Positions 27,283 to 38,124 of a DNA stretch of 64,000 nucleotides are shown in pieces. The notes under the pieces were generated by a model. That model was given only the letters and a program-made list of their open reading frames with translations. It was not told the origin of the DNA and did not search any database. The stretch is from Azolla caroliniana (Eukaryota; Plantae; Polypodiophyta): assembly GCA_043228905.1 (NCBI GenBank), contig JBHGNT010000002.1:18414001-18478000 (forward strand), read 5' to 3'. Numbering within the stretch: the stretch's first letter is position 1; each line of letters begins with the position of its first letter. The position numbers were made by a program, and so were the translations under genes.

Positions 27283-29769
27283 TGTTGAGTGACAAGCTCA
27301 ACATTGGGTGCGTAATACGGCGCGTAACCCAGTGCGTAGACTGGACGCGTAAGTTAGTATGCACAACTTGGCCGTATCGGTGCGTAAACTGAAAGGCCGT
27401 TAGAGAGATATTCCTCGTAAGGAATAGATTTGGGAGTGAGTGTCGTGGCTCATTTATGAGTGGTCAAGTACTGTTAGTACTTGTGTCAGCCCGATAGTCA
27501 GGGCTTGTACAAAAGGTGCTCACTGAGCACGAAGAATGTATAGAGCATCATTATTTTGAAATAGAACTAAGTTGTTTGCTCTCTGTCTCTGTCTCTCCAT
27601 CTCCATCTCCATCTCCATCTCCATCTCTGTGTTTCCTGAGTTTACCGAACTGTCTTATTTTCGAACTGTGTACTCTGTGTTTACGCACACGCTTCCGCAC
27701 ACATATTCTTTTACATGGTATTAGAGTGCGAGGGTTGAATTCCTCTACAACCGACAAGAAAAGCTTGCGACAAAATAGAAATGAAGTTGTTTGTCGGTTT
27801 TATTCTGGAAAAGGAAAAGACAGCAATATGGACAGAGGTATGGGAATTCGGATTGAGCCGAAGAGACGCAGAGGGGCGTAAGAGATCGCACTACGCAGAA
27901 GGCTCTTGAGCCGGAAACAAATCGGGCCCAGCCTTCGTAATGAAGCATAAGGCCAATTCTATGGCCGTGAACACCTCGAAATCAAGCGAGGTGTGGTATG
28001 TTGATTCTGGAGCGTCAAATCATATGACTAGTCACGAGGAATGGTTGTTGTACTTGGAGAAACCAGAATCGCAAGGAGTGGTTGAAATGGGAGGTGACAC
28101 TCCACATACCATCGAACATGTCGTCGAAGTTCCCCTCAACCACGTCAGGCAGAAAGAGAATCTCATGAACGTGTTGCACGTCCTGACAATAACGAAGAAC
28201 CTGGTGTCAGTCGGTCAGATCGTCGACCAGGGAATGCAGGTTCGATTCACGCATCTTGGCTGCTTCATAGAAGAGGAAGGCAAAGTAATTGCGCAAGGGC
28301 GCCATGAAGGGAGGATGTTTATCCTCGACACTAATCAAGTCAGAACTGCGTTGTATGTGAAAGGACAAAAGGTCAAATAAGATATTGACTTGTGGCACAA
28401 GCGGTTCGCCCATGTAAATTTCCCACAGCTTCGTTAGATGCAGACGAAGAACATTGTTTTCGGCTTGCCGAAATTTCGGGGCCGTAATGGCCAAGTCTGC
28501 GAAGCCTGTCAGATGGGAAAACAACATCGATTTCCATTCCCCAATGAGTGTAATCGTAATCGAAGCCCGCTGGATTTGATCCATTCGGATGTGTGGGGAC
28601 TGGCACAGAACGTGAGTTTCGGTGGAAGCTGTTACTTTGTAACCTTCATTGACGACTTCACTCGGCACACGTGGGTATGCACGATCGCGAAGAAGAGCGA
28701 AGGCTTCACATGTTTCCTAAAGGTGAAGAGCCTTGCTGAAGGGGAAACATGGCCTAAGACCAAATGCCTACGGTCCGATGGCAGGAAGGAGTACTTCTTC
28801 GACCAATTCACAAGTTATATACATAAGGAGGGAATTTGACGCGAATTCTCGTGTAGATACACGCCGCAGTAGAAGGGCATGGCCGAGTGGAAGAATCGGA
28901 CAATCGAAGAAGCGGCCAGGGCAATGCTTGAAGAGAAGCATATGCCGAAATTCTATTGGGCTGAAGCCATGAGCACGGCTGTCTACATGCAAAATCAGAC
29001 TTCTGCTACTGGAGGAGTGTCACCACATGAGCTGTATTTCGGGAAGAAGCCGAACTTGGCACACTTGAGGATTTTCGATAGCATTGCATATGTGCATGTG
29101 CCAAAGGAAAAGAGGAGGAAGTTGGATGCCAAAGCTGAAAAGTGCATCTTAGTCGACTATCCAGACGAGCAAAAGGGGTATAAATGTTATAACCCCCGAA
29201 TAAAGGAAGTATGCGTAATTTGAGATGTCGTGTTCGACGAATCTGCTTCGTGGTACCTACCTTCATTCCGAATTCTGAGGAAGAAGTTAGCGAGGCTAGG
29301 ATGCCTCTGCATGATGAGGAAATCAGAGCTCTGAGAGAGAGTCTGATCTCATTTCGGCTAAGTGGGCCGAATGTAGGGTTGCACTAAAGTTACCAACCTA
29401 TTGACGAGACGACGAGTAGTGGAGACTCGGCCGTGATGTCCCCACGTAAAGAACTGAGGAGATGGTTTATGCTGTCGCGTTGTTACCCGCGTGCGTGGGG
29501 AAAGGCGGGACCACGGGGGTCTTGGACTAGGGAGTGATGGAGTGTAGGAAGTCGTGCTTCACCGTTACCGAGGCATCCCAGAAACACGCCGGAAGCAACC
29601 GAATGAGCTTAAATGTTGTATTTAGTAATATTTGAGAGACTTGAACCCACATCCTTATATACGATGTACAATGTACATACCACTAGGCTAGGCTATTTAT
29701 TTGTAAAAGTGTGTAATAAATGTGCTTCATGATATAAGAATGAAGCTATATATTGTATTAAGTAAAATT

Positions 29770-29826
29770 GAGGGACTTGAACCCTCAACCTTGTATATCA
29801 AGCACAAACCATACACCACTAAGCTA
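29770..29826 (-). other. tRNA-like Pol III A/B-box module in LTR U3 (best-preserved copy; duplicate at 34263-34319)
   Basis: TAGCTTAGTGG...TTGTG-CTTGATA-TACAA-GGTT-GAGGG-TTCAAGT-CCCTC-AATTTT; paired anticodon-like and T arms; no acceptor stem. Confidence 0.75.
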
Positions 29827-30465
29827 GGTTATTTGTTTTAGGGTTATATCCATCATTATACTTATCCCAATACATGGGAGCTCAAATGAGCATGATGGCT
29901 ATCATGCATCACATGCAATGCATGTGCGCCAAATGGCGATCATGCATCAGATGTAACTCATGCATTACATGAATGACATTACCATATGCATGGAAATACT
30001 TATAAAAAGAGAGGAAAGGAAAACAAAAGGGAATCAAGGAGTCAAGAGAAAGTTAGAGAAATAAGATAATCAAAGAAACAAACAAGTTAGCTTGTTGGTG
30101 AAGAGGCTCGTGTTTCCAAGTTGGAGTCAAGAGTTCGAATCAAGGGTCGGTAGAGAAAGGGTTCATCTTGCTACCAAACATTGTGAAGTTGGTAAAATCT
30201 TGTATTCATAATATACATCATGTTCATATCATATACTTTTTTGTCTTAAATCATACTTTGTCTCTATCTTGCGTCTTGAATCATACATTGCCTCTATCTT
30301 TTATCTATACTAGTCTCTCTCTCACACATATTACTTTAAACTATTATTCCTCATATCCTTTATCTTCCTAACATTTGCGCGCAAGCCTAATAAAAGTTCC
30401 TTCAACTCCCCTTAACCTTAGTCCCTGCGACTTTGCCGCACGAACCACAACTACCCCGACACATT

Positions 30466-30483
30466 TGGTGAACCCGACGTGAA
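30466..30483 (+). promoter_or_regulatory. Primer binding site for tRNA-Trp
   Basis: TGGTGAACCCGACGTGAA is complementary to the 3' end of plant cytosolic tRNA-Trp (...TTCACGTCGGGTTCACCA, recalled sequence). Confidence 0.85.
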
Positions 30484-30500
30484 GGCGGCGACGAGGAGAA

Positions 30501-33500
30501 ATGGAGGAGCAAATGAGGCTTATGTGTACGATGATGGAACGAGTGATGCGGGAACAAGGGATGATGGCAAGCATCGACAAAGCCGTCGACAATATTCTCG
30601 CACGAGTAGGAATCTTCGAAGGTATAAATTTAACAAGATTTCTGAAGATTTATAATAAAGAAATGCTTAAACGCGGTGTCGACGAAGCTACAAAAATTAA
30701 TAGCTTTAGTCGAGTCGCTGCGATTGGGCTACAAGAGAGGATCCAAGAGCTCCAAAGGGAGAATCAGACATGGACAACATTCGAAAGGGCATTACTCAAT
30801 GAATACAACCTCAACGATATGTCAAGGATGACAAGGCGAGCTTTCATGGATTGGGTAGAGTCTAATAAACATTTAAGTGTTTTGGAAGTATTAAAAGAGT
30901 TTTCTGAAAGATTTGAGCAACTAAATGTTAGAGATAGAAATATAATAGTGCCAGATAAAGTCATATTGTTTCTACAAGCTACTAATATTAAAGACAGGAA
31001 GGACTTGGGAATGCTTTTAGAAGATCAGAATAGTCCAAGTGGACTTACCGAAGATTGGGAGGAGGTGAAAAGGGCGTGCGCCCATTTCTGCAAAAGAAAG
31101 TTATGGTTTATGGAGTTGCCCGACAGAAATGATGAAGAAACGGGGAACGAGTCGGGAGAAAAGAAAGTAGAAGAATCACTCTTACACGAATTAGTGAAAG
31201 GCATGAAAGACTTGTCGATCAAAGTGACGAAGCTAGAATCGGGACAAAGCTCGACTTCATCAAGGCAGGGAGGTGGAATGGTCCGAAGGTGTATGTGGTG
31301 TGATAGTATCGACCACCAGAAGAAAGATTGTCAAGAGCATAGGGATGCTCTTAATCATAATAAAATCTACTATCAAGATGGCAAGATTCACTCAACTGAG
31401 ACTCGACAACCACTTCAACTCAACTTCGGGCGAGGAGGAATGAAAAGGCTAATGGAAGATGCCGAGAGAGAAACGACTCAAGCGATACAATCCGTGGCAA
31501 CCTTAGGATTGCGCGTAGAAGACTCATATGGTGGATCTGGCTTTTGGCAAGATGTGATGGATTATGCAAGAAAAGGGAAGGTTCGAGTGGATGAATTAAA
31601 AAGAGCGGGAGATGAAATACGAAACTTCACTGGATGGAATGATCCAGTAGACGCGCTATCAGCATTCGCTCAAGTGAATGCACAAGATGTGCTAGTGGAA
31701 GAGAAGCGGAAGACAGCTGAGGAAGCTGATCCGACAAAGAGACATGAGACACGAGAACAAAAGAGAAGGGAGATGGAAAAGGGTGCTATTGAGTCGAAAG
31801 AAGCTGATAAAGTAAAAGGGAAGACAAACCCAACTTTCCAGCTTGCTTCGGACATAGAAGACGTGACAGATTTAAAACACATCACGGAAGAAGTGCATTT
31901 GACCTTATCAGGGGCGAAGTCAATATTTGGGGCAAAAGAGATATTAATAGTTGGTCATATGTGTGGCCCGTATGGGAGAAAGCCATCCCCAACCAAGGTC
32001 AATGCAATTCAAAATATGCAAGAGGAATGTACATCCATCTCAGAAGTACGAAGGTTTTTGGGGGTATGTGTTTTTTACTGTAAATGGATTCCGCATTATG
32101 CCCATTTATCTGAACCTTTATATAGACTCCTAAGAAAAGGAGAGACATTTGAATGGAGTGAAGAGCATTCAGAGGCAATGAAGAAATTGAAGTACTACTT
32201 GGCACAAGCTCCACCATTAAAGCAACCAGACTACACCCGGCCCATATATCTCACAGTAGACTCTAGTCCCATTGGAATTGGATGGGTGATAAGCCAACAA
32301 GATAGGGAAGAAAGGTATCCAGTCCGATTCGGGGCAAAGGTTCTTAGTGGTCGACAAAGAAAATATGCACAGGTGAAAAGAGAGTTATGGGGGATAGTAA
32401 CAGCTGTAAAGACAGACAGAGATTACTTAATTGGTGCTGAAGTAATAATAGAAACAGATTGTTTGCCTATTCTGGGTATCATAGCTAATTGTGATATTCC
32501 AGATCAAGCCATGTTAAGATGGTGTATCTATATTAGATCAATCAACCCTGAAGTTCGACATATCTTTGGGAATAGAAATGCAGTAGCAGATATGTTATCA
32601 AGAGCAAGGTATGAGGAAGAGGAGATTCCAGACTCGGACGATGAGGACAAAGAACAAACAGTCCTTACCACAAGCATTACTCGGGAAGGAGGAATGCAGT
32701 TTCTAGAAGAGGAGTATGAAGAAGAATTCAAGGAAATAGGGAAATACCTACAAACCCCTGACAAGTACAAAGGTCGATCTGGAAAAGAGTTCGCACAGTT
32801 TCGCAAGAAAGCCCATAAGTTCTTCCTACATGAAGGATATCTATGGCGACATCCGAAAACCAAGACTGGAAACCCGCAAAGAGTAATAGGTTCTGAAGGG
32901 CAAAGAAAGGAGATAATCAAAGAGCTGCATGACAAAGAATGGGCTGGTCATCGAGGAGTGTGGGCCACTTTCAGTAAGATTAAAGAACGATTTTGGTGGC
33001 CTCGATACTATGAGCAAATAAAAAAGTATGTGGAAACTTGTCCCACTTGTCAATATTATTCAAATGTAAAATTTTGTGATGAATTACACCCAACATACTC
33101 ACCGGGGGTGCATTACAAGTGGATGATAGATTTGGTAACAATGCCACTTGGAGTAGGACAAAAGAGATACTTGGTTCTTGCTAGAGAAGATCTAACAAAT
33201 CAAGTGGAAGGTCGTTCATTGAGAACAAAAGGGACATTAGGAGTATGTCAATTCATCTTGGAGGACATTGTTTGTAGATATGGATGTATCGGGAAGATAG
33301 TGGCAGATAGGGGAGAACTCAATTCTGCGGAAGCTCAAGATTTTTTCGACAAAATAGGAATTCGGCTTTCTTTGACAACGGCGTACAATCCAGAAGCTAA
33401 TGGAAAGGTAGAAAGGGGACATGGGCCAATAGTCAAAGCTTTGGCAAAGGCATGTAGAGGACGGGTTAGTGATTGGCCAAAAACCTTACCCTATGCACTA

Positions 33501-34094
33501 TGGGCTGATAGGACAACTCACAGCACTGTTACTGGATATATGCCTGCAGAATTAATCACAGGACAGAAGCCAATAATGCCAATTGAAGAAAAGATAACTA
33601 CATGGGTTGTGTTGCCTTGGGAATCAGAAATGAGTAGGGAAGATTTACTTGCGGTTCGAATATGACAACTTCAATCAAGGATAGAAGACATAGAAAAAGC
33701 AGCTACTAGATTGAAAGAGGCAAGAATCAAGAATAAGGACAGATTTGATAAGATGAAAAGAATACGACCAAGAAAGGTGCAAGAGGGAGATTGGGTATTA
33801 GTATATGATAATAGCCTAGATAATCAATACAGTACTATTCGGAAGTTTGCAAAAAGATGGTTTGGACCTTATGAAGTTAGGAAAATAACAGATAAAGCCA
33901 CATATTTCCTCAATGAATTAGATGGGACAGAAATTCGTATCCCAATTGCAGGAAAAAGGATTAAAATATTTAAAAGGAGGGAGTCATTAGAGCCTGAATT
34001 TTATGAAGAAGTAGAAGAACTAAAAGAATCGGAAGAAGTGTTGGATAAACTCTGCACAACCAATGTGCAAGTTCAGAGGGGGTGGGTGTCGTGA
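30501..34094 (+). CDS. Gag fused in frame to RT C-terminus, RNase H and integrase; no protease or RT core; one in-frame TGA at 33663-33665
   Basis: 1054-aa ORF with CMWCDSIDHQKKDC knuckle, EVRRFLG, VDSSPIGIG/ELWGIV/ETDC RNase H, HHCC and DLV/ADRG/ERGH integrase motifs; same frame continues to 34094. Confidence 0.85.
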
Positions 34095-37000
34095 AGAATG
34101 TGCTTCACGATATAAAAATGAGCTTAAATGTTGTATTTAGTAATATTTGAGAGACTTGAACCCACATCCTTATATACGATGTACAATGTACATACCACTA
34201 GGCTAGGCTATTATGTGCTTCATGATATAAGAATGAAGCTATATATTGTATTAAGTAAAATTGAGGGACTTGAACCCTCAACCTTGTATATCAAGCACAA
34301 ACCATACACCACTAAGCTAGGTTATTTGTTTTAGGGTTATATCCATCATTATACTTATCCCAATACATGGGAGCTCAAATGAGCATGATGGCTATCATGC
34401 ATCACATGCAATGCATGTGCGCCAAATGGCGATCATGCATCAGATGTAACTCATGCATTACATGCATGACATTACCATATGCATGGAAATACTTATAAAA
34501 AGAGAGGAAAGGAAAACAAAAGGGAATCAAGGAATCAAGAGAAAGTTAGAGAAATAAGATAATCAAAGAAACAAACAAGTTAGCTTGTTGGTGAAGAGGC
34601 TCGTGTTTCCAAGTTGGAGTCAAGAGTTCGAATCAAGGGTCGGTAGAGAAAGGGTTCATCTTGCTACCAAACATTGTAAAGTTGGTAAAATCTTGTATTC
34701 ATAATATACATCATGTTCATATCATATACTTTTTTGTCTTAAATCATACTTTGTCTCTATCTTGCGTCTTGAATCATACATTGCCTCTATCTTTTATCTA
34801 TACTAGTCTCTCTCTCACACATATTACTTTAAACTATTATTCCTCATATCCTTTATCTTCCTAACATTTGCGCGCAAGCCTAATAAAAGTTCCTTCAACT
34901 CCCCTTAACCTTAGTCCCTGCGACTTCGCCGCACGAACCACAACTACCCCGACAGCGCGCGCTTAACACCGACTCACGCACACACACGCACACACACACA
35001 CACATGCCGACCCGACTCACGCCCTTATGTACAGGAAACGCAGGAAAGGGGAAGCACCCGACACTAACAGAGACGCGAATATACACAAACAGACGCAAAC
35101 ATATATATATGTATAAATAGAAGAATACATTCTCGGCTTCGATCCGGACTGAGGTAGGTTACAGTAGTCGTCTGTTGCCAAGCCGCCGTCGGGGAGCTCA
35201 CGGGCTCGTCGCGCCGAGCGGGGTCTTGCGCAGGAGATGAGCTGAAGCCAACCCTAAACGAACACGAAGGGGAAGAGAAGCAGAAGAAACCTAACCCTAA
35301 ACCTACCGGTATACCCTCTAATGCAAAATGGGCAACCCTTTTACAAAGGGCGTTCCCTTCCTTTTATAGAACAAGGAAAGGGAGGCATTACAATGCGGGA
35401 CAAATCCCGACTTACATGGGATCGTCTGTCCTGACTTGACTACTCTTCGGCGCCATAAAGGCTCCCTCGATATTCACACTAAATGTACATGGGTTCGTAC
35501 ACACCCTGCACCCCGCCGATGTAGCCAATGTTCCCCGGTTTTCGCCTCTGGCTGAAATTCTTCACGACAACGCGTAAAGAGAAGGGCAAGAAGGAAATGC
35601 CGGAATACGACTTCGGTAGTGCCGAGTCAGATCAGAGCAAGTCTAACTATGGGTAAACTAAGAAGGAACCTCCACAGAAGAGGTCGACAGTAACCGAAAA
35701 GGTCGTGAAATCGGGTAATCACGAATTAAGTTGATCTACCCGCCTCAAGAACCCCGTAAAGAGATATAGGTATAATGAATACATGGGGCACCATTACGCG
35801 TACATGATGCGAGTGACGGAAGTGCGTGAGCCAGAGAGCTACGCAAAAGTGGCGAAAGACGCGAATTGGCGTGCTGCGATGGAGGAAGAGATGCGCGCTT
35901 TCACTGATAATGAGACTTGGGACCTAGTTGACGCACCGAAGGGTGAAAAGCCGATCGGATGTAGGTGGGTGTATAAAGTGAAATACAATACCGACGGCTC
36001 AATCAATCGATTCAAGGCCCGCTTAGTGGTGAAAGGCTACGCGCAGAAGCACGACGTGGACTACAATGAGACCTTCGCACTTATCGCAAAGATGACTACC
36101 GTGCGTGTTCTACTAGCCGTGGCTGCGGCAAAGGGGTGGCACTTACATCAAATGAATGTAAAGAATGTGTTCCTGCAAGGTGATCTTGAGGAACAGGTGT
36201 ACATGGTACAACCCCCTGGATTTCTATCGAAACAAACATCTCGGCAATTTGCCGACTGAAGAAGTCACTTTACGGACTCAAGCAAGCCCCGCGAGCTTGG
36301 AACGCAAAGATTACGCAACGGTTGCGTAAGATGGGGTTTTTGACATTGAAGTCTAACTCTTCATTATTTGTTTGACAAGGTCAACATGGCCCGGTAAGCC
36401 TTCTACTTTATGTTGAGGATTTAATCATCAGCGGTGCCGACCTGAACGAAATCCGCCATGTAAAGTCTCAACTTGCGGCATCGTTTGAAATGAAGGACCT
36501 TGGAGACCTTCATTACTTCGTCGGGATTGAAGTGATCCGTATTGATCAGCCAACGTCATTACGCGCTGAATATGCTTTTCACGTTTGGGATGGAAAATTG
36601 TAAGCCCATCTCGACCCCTCTGGATAGAAACGTAAAGCTTCGCCGAGATTCGGGAAAGGCGTGCGACCCGACACGGTTTCGACAAATTGTCGGAAGCCTC
36701 ATCTACTTGACGATTACTCGGCCGGATCTTAGCTACCCAATCGGCCTAATCAGTCAATTTATGTCGCAACCTATGGCCAAACACCTTCAGTGCGCACAAA
36801 GGAGATTATGATATTTCAGTGGCACAAAAGACATGGCGTTGTTGTATCGGGCAGGCGTAGCCGAACAGTTGGTTGGCTACACGGATGCCGATTGGACCAA
36901 AAACGCCGGTGATCATAGATCCACATCTGGATACGCCTTCTCATTAAGAAGAGCGGCGATCATGTGGAGCAGCAAAAAGCAGCCGACAGTGGCACTGTCG

Positions 37001-38124
37001 AGCACGGAGGCCGAATATCGAGGGGCGATTGTCGCTATGTGCGAAGTCATTTGGCTGAAATGGCTAGTATGGGATCTGCTTGTAGAGGTGTCTGATCCGA
37101 AGACGATTTATTACGACAACCTCAGCAGTATCCACCTTGTGAAAAACCCCGTGTTCCACGCCCGGACCAAGCACATTGAGGTGCATTACCATTTTGTTCG
37201 CGAGCGGGTCCTTTCAGGTGAAGTCGAACTAGTGTATGTTCCGACGGATCAACAGGTTGCCGACATCTTCACCAAGCCTCTTGGTCTTGACAAGTTGTGG
37301 CATTTCTTAGGTGAGCTAGGGTTGCGTCACCTCGACACGCCAAACTTGAGGGGGGGAAAGGAAGAATAGGAACTAAAGCATGAAAGGAGCGGATGTGTTC
37401 ATCACGGCAGAAGTAACTGTGATGCGGAATCAGATGAAGAATTCGATTTCGGGCTGGCTAAAGAAGCCGAAGAAAAGAGCAAGGGCCATAACCATAGGGA
37501 AGAGCTGAGGATAGCCAAATCAAGGGGAGATACAACCAAGAAGGGCGTAAAGGCCAAGACCAAGATGTGGTCTGATGTAGTCAAAGGTCTAAAGACAAGA
37601 GACGAATTGGAGACAACCAATTCGGATGAGAGCAGAATTGAATCGGAAGTGTTCGATGCAATTAGAATGTTCGATTCGGATGCACCAAATCAACTAAAGG
37701 CCATGCGGAGAAAAGGGCAGCGAAGGACGTGGCGACACCCAGATAGCAAGGGAGCTGAGAAGGGCCAAACGAGCAGACCAGCTGACCAGAAGGGTCGAAG
37801 CGCGCGAAATCGAATGGGTCGAGGAGCGCGAGCGAGGCGTGAAGCTAGAAGGAACCGGAGCGTAGATCCGGAAGAGTAGACTGAACCTCAAGTTAAGCTT
37901 GAGGGGGAGTGTTGAGTGACAAGCTCAACATTGGGTGCGTAATACGAAGCGTAACCTAGTGCGTAGACTGGACGCATAAGTTAGTTCACACAATTTGGCC
38001 GTATCGATGCATAAACCGAAAGGCCGTTAGAGAGATATTCCTTGTAAGGAATAATTTTGGGAGTGAGTGTTGTGGCTCATTTATGAGCGGTCAAGTATTG
38101 TCAGTACTTGTGTCAGCCCGATAG

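Larger units (their letters stand above)
29602..34954 (+). mobile_element. Ty3/gypsy element D, young and internally deleted; LTRs 29602-30461 (first 30 bp missing) and 34087-34954
   Basis: Near-identical LTRs of about 860 bp (one 22-bp indel and a few substitutions); tRNA-Trp PBS; G-rich PPT before 34087. Confidence 0.93.
29473..35569 (-). mobile_element. Gypsy-type solo LTR C, split by element D (pieces 29473-29601 and 34955-35569)
   Basis: Ends TGTCG...CGACA; minus-strand start TGTCGTGAAG as in the LTRs at 22168 and 34087; flanks ATGC / ACGC; copia B sequence resumes at 35570. Confidence 0.7.
27283..38124 (+). mobile_element. Ty1/copia element B (5' LTR 27283-27715; 3' LTR from 37910, truncated at about 38124), split by the 29473-35569 insertion
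   Basis: Both LTRs start TGTTGAGTGACAAGCTCAAC; PBS TGGTATTAGAG at 27716; PPT TTGAGGGGGAG at 37899; [34 protein letters not shown] and RTKHIEVHYHFVRE motifs. Confidence 0.9.

Noticed and set aside
29634-29826. Functional tRNA genes
   Set aside because: No acceptor-stem pairing, non-canonical anticodon loops, and embedded in LTRs; kept as tRNA-like modules instead
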